From Eledone cirrhosa (Eukaryota): 64,000 nt of DNA. Location of the stretch: the NCBI GenBank assembly GCA_964016885.1, contig OZ024745.1, positions 32,364,001-32,428,000 of the forward strand, read 5' to 3'. The position numbers were made by a program, and so were the translations under genes. Under the pieces are notes generated by a model, which did not search any database, was not told the origin of the DNA, and was given only the letters and a program-made list of their open reading frames with translations. This document shows positions 1-13,410 of the stretch, piece after piece (position 1 is the stretch's first letter; the number at the start of each line of letters is the position of its first letter).

Positions 1-430
1 GTTTATTGCTCTTTTCTTCCATTTGTACACATAGATATATGAAATAAATGTTAAGACAGAAGTTACACAATCATGTTTATTATACGTATTTCTGTGCCAC
101 CAGCATGCAGCTGTTATACAATCATTACAACAGCAACCTGCACCAGTGTGATGTCATCAGATGTTAACATAAATATGTGGGTGGGTTGATATGTTGTTGG
201 CTAACACAACCATGTTTGTGAAAGCCTGGTGAACACGTGGGTGGGTGTGGGTGTCAGTGTGTGTGTGTGTGTGCATATATATTTGTGAGATCAAACAAAT
301 TCCCTATGTAAAAATGAAGAGCACTCAATATAATGACTATAGACTTAAATCATATTTTTACAGTTATGATGGTTACTACATGTCTGATGATTTGTCTTTG
401 ATATGATTTTCTAAAGCCTCCATAACTGTG

Positions 431-468
<38 letters not shown>

Positions 469-828
469 GTGCAGGGTGTGGTGGGGGTAAGTATATATAC
501 TGGACATGTGTATTGTTATTATTAGCTCATACATTTTTATCACCAGTACCAGACTAAGAAAGAAATTAAAAACATGATCATACTAACATAGAGTCAATAG
601 AAAATCAGTGTAGAAAAAACCAAAGCACAAGTATATTGAAATAAATTATTGGCAGGGCTTAAACCACAAAAGCCCCTTAGTGCTAGAAGGCTTGTGGTTT
701 GAGTTTAAATACTGTCAAAGTTTACGTTATCTTTCACTCTTCTGAGATTGATAAATAATATGGTTGGTGTAACAGCCCAATAATTTAAACCAGTAAAAGA
801 ATAAAAGAATATAGCCATGTAGTGGAAT

Positions 829-1526
829 AAAACATAGAGAACATAGCTCAAGTTGTTAGTGACAAAACATAGAGAACATAGCTCAAGTTGTTAGTGACAA
901 AACAGAGAACATAGCTCAAGTTGTTAGTGACAAAACATAGAGAACATAGCTCAAGTTGTTAGTGACAAAACAGAGAGAACATAGCTCAAGTTGTTAGTGA
1001 CAAAACATAGAGAACATAGCTCAAGTTGTTAGTGACAAAACATAGAGAACATAGCTCAAGTTGTTAGTGACAAAACAGAGAACATAGCTCAAGTTGTTAG
1101 TGACAAAACATAGAGAACATAGCTCAAGTTGTTAGTGACAAAACAGAGAATATAGCTCAAGTTGTTAGTGACAAAACATAGAGAACATAGCTCAAGTTGT
1201 TAGTGACAAAACATAGAGAATATAGCTCAAGTTGTTAGTGACAAAACATAGAGAACATAGCTCAAGTTGTTAGTGACAAAACATAGAGAATATAGCTCAA
1301 GTTGTTAGTGACAAAACATAGAGAACATAGCTCAAGTTGTTAGTGACAAAACAGAGAACATAGCTCAAGTTGTTAGTGACAAAACATAGAGAACATAGCT
1401 CAAGTTGTTAGTGACAAAACATAGAATATAGCTCAAGTTGTTAGTGACAAAACATAGAGAACATAGCTCAAGTTGTTAGTGACAAAACATAGAGAACATA
1501 GCTCAAGTTGTTAGTGACAAAACATA
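829..1526. repeat. 35-bp minisatellite, about 20 copies (AAAACATAGAGAACATAGCTCAAGTTGTTAGTGAC) with 33-bp variants
   Basis: Head-to-tail units read directly; period 35 (GAC ends at 863 and 898); no spacers. Confidence 0.97.
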
Positions 1527-1939
1527 AGAATTTGACTGCAAAGTTTCCAGTGCATTCTGAAGTTCTTGTCAGAGTTTGTTTAACTCCCCATCATGAATGA
1601 AATTGAGAAGAAACAGCCGCATAAATGGTGTATCTTAATTCATACAATGTGATGTAATTTGCATATTAGTATCAGTTTAGAAACCAATAAGGAATTATTT
1701 ATACATCAACCAACACAGCATGACAATGTTTAAAATTTCTTTGAAAGGAAAAGAAACAATTTGCTATTCTAAAATATCTAAAATATATTTTTCTTATGTT
1801 TAAAACATATTCAACCTTGTTATGGAATTACAACGGGCAAATACACCCCAAATTCCCAACACCGTAATGTTTATTTGTTATACCAAAGTATGATTGTATG
1901 TTACACACACACACCTTCCACACACACACATATATAAAT

Positions 1940-2252
1940 TGGCATTCCGTCAGTTTCGTTGATGAGTGTTCTAGTTGACACGATCAATGGAACAGCCTGC
2001 TCGTAAAATTAACATGCAAGCAGTTATGCATTCCACAGACACGCATACCCTTAACATAATTCTCAGGAAGATTCAGCAAGGAACAGAATATGACAAGGCT
2101 GACCCTTTGACAGGTACATCTCATTTTTTCCAGCTGAGTGGACTGGAGCAATATGAAATAAAGTGTCTTGCTCAAGGACACAACATGCCACTGTGAATTG
2201 CCCATATGATCTTATCATTGTGAGCTGAATACTCTAGTTACTAAGCCATGCA
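1940..2252 (-). mobile_element. tRNA-derived SINE (CORE/V-like central motif)
   Basis: Reverse complement contains GTTGTGTCCTTGAGCAAGACACTT; related copies at about 53430-53555 (+) and 61130-61275 (-). Confidence 0.7.
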
Positions 2253-2879
2253 TATAAATAAACCTTAGTATGGAATGAAACTCAAAGTTCACTGTAAGCA
2301 TAGTATTTCTTCCCAGAAGTATCAATATTTAGCTTCATTGGTGTCAGTTGGTCGTGTGTCGATGTGTTGATGTATAATTGAAGTTGGCAAAGCGATTTTC
2401 CCAAAGCATTTGAGTGAATCACTAACAAGGAAACGAAACTGCCAATGATATATTTATTTTTAGCCAGGGATTACTACAAAATCATGCTAACATATCAAAA
2501 TATAGAGTTCACAGAAAGGAAAGTATTTTCTTTGGAATGTAAATATTTGTGTAACATACAGGTCCTTGTAGGAGAGAGACCAGCTGAATGTGTGAATGCA
2601 GAGGTGCAATACTGTAAATGACATGACATTGTTATCTGACAGTGACCAAAATGACTACAGCTGCAAACAAAAGTCTGACGACACCTGAGAGTAAGAAACA
2701 AGTGTCTATGCTGTAAGATGGATATTACATTGATAAAAGCATAAGAGATACATAGGGGTACTGTATTAACTTAAAGTGTTTCTTGGGAATTTAAAAACCT
2801 GATGGAGTCCATCTCCTCTCTAGGTCTGAATACCGCAGATTTCTTTGAGAGAAGGATAGAGCATAGACAGTGAGAGAAT

Positions 2880-3055
2880 GGAAGTGAGAAAGAAATATCG
2901 AGAAATAGACTGGTACTTTTTTTTATCAACCTCAAATGGATGAAAAGTAAAGTTGACCTCAGTGGGATTTAAACTTAAAGAGCAAAGTGCCAAAACGAAT
3001 ACTACAAAGCATCCTATCCGATGTTCTAATGACTCTGTCAATTTGCCACCTATGG
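2880..3055 (-). mobile_element. tRNA-derived SINE (MetaSINE-like family)
   Basis: Diverged copy of the family best seen at 61828-62010 (GGTACTT..TTTATCAAC..GGATGAAA..AAAGTTGACCTC). Confidence 0.7.
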
Positions 3056-4469
3056 GTTGAATTACTGGGATTGAAATCTGGGCTGACTGAAAACATAAGA
3101 TGTAAGGTAACTGTATACAGTTTTATAGCCACATGTTTGAATAGGTCTGAACAGTCAAGAATAGTCTGTGAAGTGTAGTTGGAGCTATGGGGTGCACAAC
3201 CACATGAACAAGTAAGTCCAAAGTTCAGTGCTGTAATGTCAAAGTGGGTCTGGGTAGTTGAAACTAGTTTGTGAAGTATAGCTGTGGTTGTATAGTGTGT
3301 ATCTGTGTAAATAAATGTGTCTTAAGTGTAACTGTATGTCTAAGTTGGTCTTTACAATTGTATGGGGCAATATCAGATAGAGCATTCTTTACAAAAGCTA
3401 AAAAAAGAAGATAAAAAAAAATGAAAGAGAAGAATATCTCACAAATCTCATCTAAAACGTCACACAGAGAAGTTGTGCCTGTGTGTATGATATGTTGAAA
3501 TGTATGAGGGTGCATGTAAACATTTAAAACAGATAATTCAAGGGAAGAGAAAAAATAACATAGTGAGTGAGAGGAGGGGGGTATTTTAAACTGCAAAAAA
3601 GATTATGAAATTTACATGAAAAAGAAGTAACATATTATAAAAACGATACAATTATGAGTTCATTGTCAATATTTTTTAGAAAGAAAATAACTATCCAAAC
3701 AGTTGGAGTTCATAATATTTTGTATTTTTGTTTTTATGTGTGTATTTGCATTCTTTTTTTAAAGTTTCTATGGTGTTGAACGAATCTGCAGTCGTTGCAC
3801 ATGGGTCAACATTTTAAACCAGTGGTGTTGTAATAGTCGTAGCAGGAATTTATAGGCTGAGATCTCTGTGTGAAAAAAAAAATTGGTTGTCATGTTTTTT
3901 TTTTCTTATTTTATAAACAAAGTGTAATTTTGTCTTGGAAATATTTTCAACTTAAAGTCGTGTGATGATTGCTAAAGGCTCATCAATAAAATAATGTTGT
4001 CTGAATACTACCAACACAGTGTTGTGCTGAATGAAAGAAGACTGCAGACAGAGAACTGTGTGTTTGTTTGTTGTTGGGTCACCAGCAACCATAAAAGAAG
4101 GTTGTGTACAGAAAACTGTGTGTTTGTTGAAAGAAGGTTGTATGTTCAAACATTCAGTTGCTACTTCTTTAGCAGGATGTTTGTGTTCTGTTGGTCATTT
4201 ATTGAGGTGTGATTAAAGTTGGGGAAGCAATTTTCATAAAGCATTAGTATTTGAGGTATTGGCTCTTTCATATGAGTCAGTTAGCACCATGCTAAAATTG
4301 TATGATATATAAATATGGAGTAGTTTTGTAAAATAACCATAAGAACATGATTTTGCCTAATATGTATAATTGTTTTTATCAATGTATTGTTTTCTCTTAG
4401 AATTATTTGAAACTGAAAAAGAAATAGGCCTGGAAATGCTATTATGAGAGGTTGATGAATGTGAAGAAT

Positions 4470-5200
4470 AAGTAGGAGAAAGAGAGATTACTTGCAGCTC
4501 ATCCAACAGAGGGACCAGCTATCGAAATTGACAGTTATAGGGACAAAGAAGCAATCAAGGAGATGAAAAATAATAAAACCAATGGTCCATCAGAGATAGT
4601 CACTGAGAGGCTGAAATCTTCTGGGGAAGTAGAAGTTGAAATTATCACCTGCATAATCAATCAGGTAACACATGATATGGTCATACCAAATTACTAACAT
4701 AGCAGTACACTTATCAGTCATTACAAGGGAAAGATGATGTGCTAGGAAGGAACAACTACAAGGGTATAAAACTGATGGACCAAGTTATGAAAGTGACAGA
4801 AAGAATTTAGCACAGCTAATTAGGGAGAGAGATGCAGTTTGGTTTTATTCCAGGAAGGAACACCATAGATACCTTCTTACTAGTAAGACAACAACAGAAA
4901 TTCCTAGCTAAGTGTAAGCCACTATATCTAACTTTCATGGATCTAAAGAAGGCTTTTGACATAGTGCTAGAATCTGTCATCTGATGGTGCTTAAGGAAAC
5001 TAGGAATAAAAGAATGGCTTGTGAGAGCAGTGCAAGCCATGTGTAGAAGAGCAGTCAGTAAAGTGAAAGTAGTTAATAAGTTTTGTGAGGAATTTAATAT
5101 GTAATTAGTGAGGAATTTAATGTGTTCATTAAATTCCTCACTAAACTCATTACCTACTCTCACTTTATTTAATGTGTACTTAGGTGTTCATCATTGGGTT
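4470..5200 (+). mobile_element. Degenerate RTE LINE reverse-transcriptase fragment
   Basis: Translates with stops and frameshifts to NNYKGIKLMDQVMKV, MQFGFIPGRNT, DLKKAFD, WLVRAVQAM, homologous to the 23148-26018 ORF. Confidence 0.9.
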
Positions 5201-5664
5201 ATAATAATCCAAAGTGGGCTGAAGATTAAGTCTTGATGAATACATAACTACACACATTAAATTCTTCACTAGAGCATGGACAAGGTAATGTAAAACGATG
5301 ATGATGATGACATTTTGATGTTTTAAGGCCTCAATTTATTCACAGATAAAAACCATACAAATATTTATCTTTTGATTAGTAATTTGGCACTGTTGGAAGA
5401 TGTTAATATTATAAAATACCATGTATAATTTACAATTAGTGCATTTATTATAAGAGAGACAGCATTTCTTTACAACATTCATCAATTTAAATGTAAGATA
5501 TGATAATTTAAATAAGACATTCTACATTATATATTGAATAGAGATTGAATGTGATAAATTTCATTTTGATAAACCATTGTTATTTCAGTTTGACATTATC
5601 TCTTGGCATAAAACATGTAATCTGATTGTTTGACTGTTATATTCCTATATTTCATTTAACCATT

Positions 5665-6825
5665 AACCACACTCCAACCACTACCACCCTACCACTGCTA
5701 CTACTGATACTACTACCACCACCACAATCACCACCACCCTACCACTACTACTACTGATACTACTACCACCACCACCACAATCACCACCTCCCTACCACTG
5801 CTACTACTGATACTACTACCACCACCACCTTACCACTGCTACTACTGATACTACTACCACCACCACCACAATCACCACCACCCTACCACCACTACTACTA
5901 CTGATACTACTACCACCACCACCACAATCACCACCACCCTACCACTACTACTACTGATACTACTACCACAATCACCACCGCCCTACCACTGCTACTACTG
6001 ATACTACTACCACCACCACAATCACCACCACCTTACCACTGCTACTACTGATACTACTACCACCACCACAATCACCACCACCCTACCACTGTTACTACTA
6101 ATACTAGTACCACCACGACCATCACTACTACTACTATAACCACTACTACCACCACCACCATCACTACCACTACTATAACCACTACTACCACCACCACCAT
6201 CACTACCACTACTATAACCACTACTACCACCACCATCACTACCACTACTATAACCACTACTACCACCACCACCATCACTACCATCACCACCACTACCACT
6301 ACTATAACCACTACTACCACCACCACCATCACTACCACTACTATAACCACTACTACCACCACCACCATCACTACCACTACTATAACCACTACTACCACCA
6401 CCATCACTACCACTACTATAACCACTACTACCACCACCACCATCACTACCATCATCACCACTACCACTACTACCACCACCACCATCACTACCACTACTAT
6501 AACCACTACTACCACCACCACCATCACTACCACTACTATAACCACTACTACCACCACCGCCATCACTACCACTACTATAACCATCACTACCACTACTATA
6601 ACCACTACTACCACCACCACCATCACTACCACTACTATAACCACTACTACCACCACCGCCATCACTACCACTACTATAACCATCACTACCACTACTATAA
6701 CCACTACTACCACCACCACCATCACTACCACTACTATAACCACTACTACCACCACCGCCATCACTACCACTACTATAACCACTACTATCACCACCCACCA
6801 CCACTACTACTACTACTGCTGCCAA
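5665..6825. repeat. Compound (CCA)n/(CTA)n minisatellite with two successive higher-order units
   Basis: Repeated units such as CACTACTACTGATACTACTACCACCACC, then CCATCACTACCACTACTATAACCACTACTACCACC. Confidence 0.92.
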
Positions 6826-7669
6826 AAACATCAACACCCCCTTCCACCAACACCACTCTCCCCCAACCCTGCCATCAAGCATTATCATTAGCATCTTCTA
6901 CTTCTTCCTCTTCTTCTAATAACTGTTGTTGTTGTTGTTGTTGTTATCATCAGTGTTGTCATGGTAACCATCAGACACAATTTTATCAAGGTCACCTTTA
7001 TCTATTATCGTCATTATCATCACTTTCCTCGTTGGTGTTATTGTCAGTCATCTTCATCAACATCATCATCCATCATCATGATCATGAGGATTATCCATCA
7101 TTGTCACCAACACCCTCCTCCTCCTCCTTCTCATCATCATCATCATCATCTTTTTCATAGTTTCCCCCCCCCCCCCATCATCATAATCACCATCCATTAT
7201 CGTTATCACATTGTTAGTTGTCATTATTATCAGTTCCTGATCCATTTTATGCCATTCTGACATTAAAGATTGATTTCAATAATAATATTTCTATTTCTTT
7301 CTTTCTTTCCTTCCTTTTCTTTTTAATTATTACATCCAACAAAGGACAGCAGCTGATTGGCAGAATTGGTAGAGCAGTGAATTAAAAAACTCCCCCCAGA
7401 AATTGCCTTGTAATATTTAGTAATGTCTATTTATGCATGTTAAGTTCTAAGTTCAAATTCTGCAGATGTTCACTTCCTCCTTTTCATCATTAGAATGGGA
7501 GGAGGAAGAGCTGGTTAAATAAGAACATGTCAAGTAGTGGGAGGAGGTTGACAAAATAAAAACAACAAAGATTATCTCTCTTTCTCTCTCTACAAAACTT
7601 TGTAGCTTTTTGACTAAGTCAGAGATCACTACATACAATATTTAAAACAACCCTCACTAATCAACCTGC

Positions 7670-8740
7670 ATCATCATCATCACCACCATTTTACGTCTGT
7701 GTTCCACCCTAGCATGGGTTGGACGGGTTGTCACGTTAGTAAGGAGTGGACAGTGTGGAGTGAGGCAAAGCCAAGATTGGTGAGGGGAAACCTAAATGTT
7801 GTTACAAGTTCCATCCTGTTTGCTATTGACTTGCCAGTTGACTTTATCCTGTGTCATTTCTTCCATTAAGTTTAACTTTGAGGAGTGAGATTTCATCACA
7901 TCAGCCCATATTTTTCTAGGTCTTCCTCTTCCACAGGTTCCCTCAACTTTGCATGCTCTGTACTAATTTATGCAGCTCCCATCTTTCATATGCATCACAT
8001 AACGATACCAATGCTGTCTTATCTCTTGTATACTGCATCCAATCCCTCTTATACCTAGTTTTTCTTTCAACTCTCTAATGTTAGGATACATCCATCAGAG
8101 CATGCTGACCTCATTTCTTTCCAGTCTCCACAAATCCTCTGCACTCAAAGGCCAAGTCTTGCTTCTATGCAACATCACAGATCATATGCAGGCATCACAT
8201 CATATGCTTTTCAATCAGTGTGAGAACCCTTTTGTTGCCAGCAGAAGTAGTAGATCCCTGAACTTTTTCCAATTAGTTCTTACTTTAGTTACTGTGATCC
8301 TGGGACATCCACTTCCACAGTTAATTAGATCACCTAAGTAGCATAAGCTATTTACTAGGACTTTTGTCTTTGCTAGATTCACTCTGGGGCCTTTCAATTC
8401 CAGGTTGGTTTTACTGCCATGTCTGAAATTTCTTCTCAAATTCTACCACAGATTCAGTTATAAGAACTAAACCATCAGCATATAAGAGTTTTTTTATAGG
8501 CACCCAGTCTTAAACTCCTCCATTTAAGATAGAAGGGGACTGATGACTGAGTCTTGGGGATCTACTACCTGCTTGCATACTAAATTTGTCACTGCTTTCA
8601 TTGTTAACTTTAACCTTGATGACTACACCTTTGTATATGGCCTGTATGATTCTCACAAGCCATTCATCTACACACACTTTTCAAAGAGCCCACTAGATTA
8701 TCGAGTAGGGTATTCTTTCAAAGGCCTTTTCCAGGTCAAC
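7670..8740 (-). mobile_element. Degenerate, internally deleted RTE LINE 3' half with (GAT)n tail
   Basis: Minus-strand peptides VDLEKAF, YADG, VNLAKTKVL, CYLGDLI, VRTNWKKFRDLL; 3' UTR CCCATGCTAG...GACGTAAA then (GAT)n. Confidence 0.9.
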
Positions 8741-9459
8741 TATTGCTGGATGGGGTTGATGTTGCTGCAGATGTATCTGTCTCTGGTGTGGGTGTGGTTT
8801 TGGTGATGTTTTGTGGGAGAATGTATAGGGTTGAGAGATGCTGTTGTTTTTTTTGTTTTGTTTTTTGTTCTGGAGGTTGCTCCTTCACTTCACCACATCA
8901 GCAGAATTGGAATGGGGACAGGGGTGAATTTTTGTGTTTATGTGTTTATGTGTGTGTTTGAAAGAGAGGGAGAGGGAGAAAAGGCAGGAGAGAAGGTGGT
9001 ATGTTGGGAGATCCCCCAGGTGTTTTTTTTTTTTGTTGATGTTGTTCATGCAGTTGTTATTGGCATTATTGCTGTTGTTTTCATTGATGTTATTTAACAA
9101 AATTATCTTGTAGTAGAGCTGGTGGTGAGGTTGGCTGCAGTATCTTTTTGATCTTGGCTCATGTCTGAGGTGTTGGTAGTCGTGTGAACTCCACTTGATC
9201 TTTGTTTGATTTTGTGGATGTTGTGGCGAGGGGTTGTCTCTATTTCTTCTGCTAAAAAAATAGAGGTAAAATTGTATTTAAAATACAAATTTTACCTCTA
9301 AGGGTTTAATTTTCAGGGACGCTCTTTTTCCAGAGCAATGTAAAGCATACTGTTCACAATATTTAACAAAAATTCTAAGATAAAACACCCCAGATCAGGC
9401 AAACAAGTAACAAACTTACAGAGCATATGCATGGCAAGTATTCTGAAAACAAGTATAAT

Positions 9460-9630
9460 TGTTTCTACTTTTTGGCACAAGGCCAACAATTATCCCAGTG
9501 TATTACTGATACTTCATTTTATTGACCCTGTAAGGATGGAAGGCAAAGTTAACGTGGCAGGATTTGAACTTAGAACGTAAAGGGCCATCACTTTATGCTG
9601 CAAAGCATTGACTCTGATGCTCTACCAATA
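9460..9630 (-). mobile_element. tRNA-derived SINE (MetaSINE-like family)
   Basis: Alignable to 61828-62010. Confidence 0.75.
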
Positions 9631-9730
9631 GAGCACAACAAAAATCTACATATCAACAAAGACATGCTTATTTATTGCTTTTTTTGTTTGTTTGTCTTAT
9701 ACTTTCGAACATTCCATTTTCTACTTTCAG

Positions 9731-9867
9731 ATGTACCTTATATAGTATAGTTTGTGATAATGACTCCATCAGAAGCAACACAATAGCAACCATGTTGGAA
9801 CAGCAGATTTATTCATTCAGTTAATAGCCACCATTTACTTTTGATTGAGAAGAATAAATTCAAGAAT
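9731..9867 (+). other. Candidate spliced exon (non-coding/UTR or stop-containing)
   Basis: Strong acceptor ttttctactttcag and donor gtaagt; all three frames contain a stop. Confidence 0.35.
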
Positions 9868-10019
9868 GTAAGTAATTAATTTTTATTTCAATACATTGAA
9901 AGACATTCTGAAGAAATAATTCAATCTATTTGACTTATATTAAAAGAAATAATATTTCAATGGTTTTAAAAATCATTTTAATGTTTCACACAGAGTTCAT
10001 AAGAACACTGCACTATCTA

Positions 10020-10470
10020 GTCATCATCATCATTGTCACAATCATTTTTACATTCATTTTTCCACACTCGCATGGGTTGGATGGGTCCTTTTCAGCACAT
10101 CATCTCTCCCTTCATGGCATTTTTTCTCATCTCCTCATTGAGCTTCAGTGATTTGAGATCAGTTCTCACCACCTCAGCCTAGGTCTTTCCTGGTCTACCT
10201 CTACTGAGGCTTCCTTCAACTGGGATTTCTTAGCACTTCTTCACCCAATGATCATCATCCATGGACATCATATGTTGTCTTCGCTCTTGCACACCACCTT
10301 GGATTCCTCTTAAACCCAGTTTCTCCCTCCAAATTGCCTTTTTCACGCATTTACATTGCACATCCAATGAAGCATGGTTCTCTCCAGCCTACACATGTCC
10401 TCTGCAGTCACAGCCCATGTTTAGCTACCATGCACCATCCCACTTCATACACAGGTGTCATACAACCTTA
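10020..10470 (-). mobile_element. Degenerate RTE LINE 3' end
   Basis: Similar to the RTE C-terminus (HGS, GRPGKT) and the CCCATGC...(GAT)n tail. Confidence 0.75.
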
Positions 10471-11193
10471 TGTATCTATGTATGTGTGCATGTATGCATG
10501 TCTGCCTGTCTATCTGTCTGTATGTCTGTCTGTATGTATGCATGTATGTATGTGTGCCTGCAAGTGTATGTGTGTGTGTGTGTGTGTATGCTTTTCTGTG
10601 ATGTGATGTGATATTGGATTCCACCTGATGTTTAAAACAAAATGAGAGGTATTTGATCTGAGGAGATTTAACTGTAAGTTTTAAACATTCAAAACTTTGA
10701 TTTGAGAACTGCTTTTTGCAAATGTTGATAGTTTTGTTTTCAATAGTATGTGTAACGTGCAGCTTTTAATGGACCAATTATCAGGGATAAATGTGAGAGA
10801 TTGGAAAAAGTTTCCAGTGTATCAGAATGATTGGAAACATTCCATTAGGAAAGGATGCAACATGTTTTAAAGAAGGCAAGCTGAACATGCTGGGCTGAAA
10901 TATAAATGCTCTTCTTGAAACATTACATAAAAGCGCTTCTCCAAAACTACCTGGTAATCTGAAGAGATGGAAATGTGATCACTGTAGTTATGTTCTTTCA
11001 AAAGAGACTACACTAGTCACATAAAGTCACTTGATATTATGAAGTCCATTCTGTTTATATCAGTCTGATTAAGTGACCAAGGTTGTCAATCTCTTAATCC
11101 AATGTCCACAAAATACTTTAGTGTGCTGCAAAGTTTGTAAAGTATCCAAACTTGGATTGCAAAGACATATGTGCAAATGTGATATTACATTAA

Positions 11194-11414
11194 CCCTTTA
11201 ACATTTACATTATTCTACATTTACTATTATATTTTCACAGTAAATGCTTTAATTCACATAATTATCGCACATAATATCGAATCTATGAGATTTTGATATC
11301 ATTTATTTCGAGAACAATACCTTAACATCAGTATGAGTGGCCAGTTACTGCCGATTTGAACAGAAAGAGGTGAGAGAATTCTGGCCAGATACGGCCGGTT
11401 TAAATGCTGAAGGG
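11194..11414. mobile_element. piggyBac-like MITE
   Basis: TTAA on both sides (11190-11193, 11415-11418); imperfect TIRs CCCTTTAACATTTA / TAAATGCTGAAGGG; related copies at 13744-13905 and 39685-39896. Confidence 0.85.
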
Positions 11415-11758
11415 TTAACACATCCAACCAGAGATGCTGTGTTTTGCCTGTTATATTTGGTGTAAATCATGAAAAGCCTCAGCTGGTCTTTAGAAACATG
11501 GGCACATGAGAATAAATAAGATTTGATTGAACATTGAGCTAACAGAGAAACAAAGACTCATTGCTGAAATTCAGAGAAATGTTACATGTTAAACTAAAGA
11601 AATGACATTACCTTTTGAATCCAGCTAAAATTAGTTATACCTCTGTGTATAAATATTTATATAATACAAAAGCTGCAAGTAGAATTATTACTGAACTCTC
11701 TCTCTTTTCTCTCTCTATATATATATATATGGATTTTAGTCTTCACGTTTATTATTAT

Positions 11759-11794
<36 letters not shown>

Positions 11795-11967
11795 TTACTA
11801 GCAGGGAAAGTGGACATTATGATTATATATATAAACAGTTCTGTATGAGCAGGGCACGGTCACCTGACCCAACATTCCTCAAATGGGACAAACCGTCTAC
11901 CCATGCTAGCGTGGAAGTGGACATTAAACAACAACGATGATGATGATAATGATATATATATATATAT

Positions 11968-12134
11968 AAAAACAAAGAAGGTGTGGTAAGATACCAGGTG
12001 GACCATAATGCACCAGAGTATTCGATACTTAGGGCAGTAGAGTGGGTAATAGGAAAAGAGTGAGGACCTCGACAGCTGAGCTCCAGCCGTTTCAACAGCT
12101 AGATCCGAACTCGGGGTCCTGACTCTTTTCCTAT
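11968..12134 (-). mobile_element. TA-targeted short structured element (unclassified, possibly Penelope-like LTR derivative)
   Basis: Flanked by (TA)n; homologous to 26546-26698 in the opposite orientation; internal 23-bp imperfect inverted repeat at 12050-12072/12111-12133. Confidence 0.7.
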
Positions 12135-12819
12135 AATTATATATATATATTAATACATTTATAGAGATTTTTAATATTTTAATATTAAATATATCTATTT
12201 TTCTTCAAAGTACACCTTGATAAATCAATATTTTAAGCTTTTCAAAATCTCTCTATGTAGAAAGATATAAAATAACTAAATGCCGAAATAACTAAATGTA
12301 TATAAATAATTACAATCATATAGTTCAACAGGAATAAAATCAATTGCTACAGATAGGAGCTCATTTATTTTTAATATATTAAACTCTTACTGCCTTTCAT
12401 CCTTTCGCTGTCAATAAAATAACTGTTGCTTCCTTTTCCCAACCCAACTTTGAGACTTTATGCTTAAATTAGAAATCTAGTAGTAGTAGTAGTAGTAATG
12501 GTAGTAGTAGTAGTAGTAATGGTAGTAGTAGTAATGGTAGTAATGGTAGTAGTAGTAGCAGCAGTAGTTGTAATTGTTGCAGTTCTTGTTCTTGTTCCAA
12601 TTAGCCTTTTTGTTTTTTTTTAGGTAATGTGTAGTATACCCCCAGATTACATTGTCCAACATGTGCTTGGTTTTTTTTAAAAACTATAATATGGTATGAT
12701 TTAAGGGAAAATTAGCTGCTATTTCTTGTGAAGCATGCTACCTTGTAGATATTATCATGTTGGTTTTGTTGTTGTTTAGCTCTAGGTTTAGCCTTGATTG
12801 AGCAGACATATAATGGTTT

Positions 12820-12990
12820 CTGATTTAAACACAAGGCCAACAACTTTGAGGAAAGGGAAAGTCCATTAAATCGATCCCAGTGCATTACTGGTACTTTATT
12901 TGATCGACTCCGTAAGGATGAAAAGCAAAGCTAACCTCGGCAGAATAGAACCCAGAAGTAAAGGGTCGTAACTCTATGCCACAGAGACAG
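12820..12990 (-). mobile_element. tRNA-derived SINE (MetaSINE-like family)
   Basis: CCCAGTGCATTACTGGTACTTTATTTGATCGACTCCGTAAGGATGAAAAGCAAAG matches 61828-62010. Confidence 0.8.
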
Positions 12991-13410
12991 TCCAGCAATA
13001 ACCAACCTGTCTTTTGATGACACTGTTTTAGGGATATATAAACAGGATTGTTATTACAAAGTTTTACAGTTGACTGGCTCAGCATCTCTACCTCAGTGAT
13101 GCAGGCTTGGATGAAGTGGAGAAGTATTCTCAGCTGTGTCGGAAACCATGTGTATGCCACCTCATGGTCCCAGCAGACAGAATGGAGAAAATGTCACCAC
13201 AGGGGATGACGAAGGAGATGTGTTGGAATAGCTATTCCAATTCACAGGGCTCACTCCTGTGGATAGCAAACTCTGCCCCCGATAGTAGTGTCTTTTTGTA
13301 TTTCAGCAAATACATTGTAAAATGCATCCCCATTTCTTTAAAATAGTAGGGTGCGGGTCATAAAAGATACGGTTGCTATTCCCAGTAGACCAGATCTCTA
13401 TGTAATAGAG

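Noticed and set aside
829-1526. CRISPR-like 35-bp repeats
   Set aside because: Units are contiguous with no unique spacers, there are no cas genes, and the context is eukaryotic.
6022-6894. 290-aa Gly/Ser-rich (loricrin-like) ORF
   Set aside because: Lies entirely within a trinucleotide-derived minisatellite that is open in several frames; no supporting gene structure.
6955-6968. RFX X-box match GTTGTCATGGTAAC
   Set aside because: Isolated in low-complexity sequence with no other promoter evidence.
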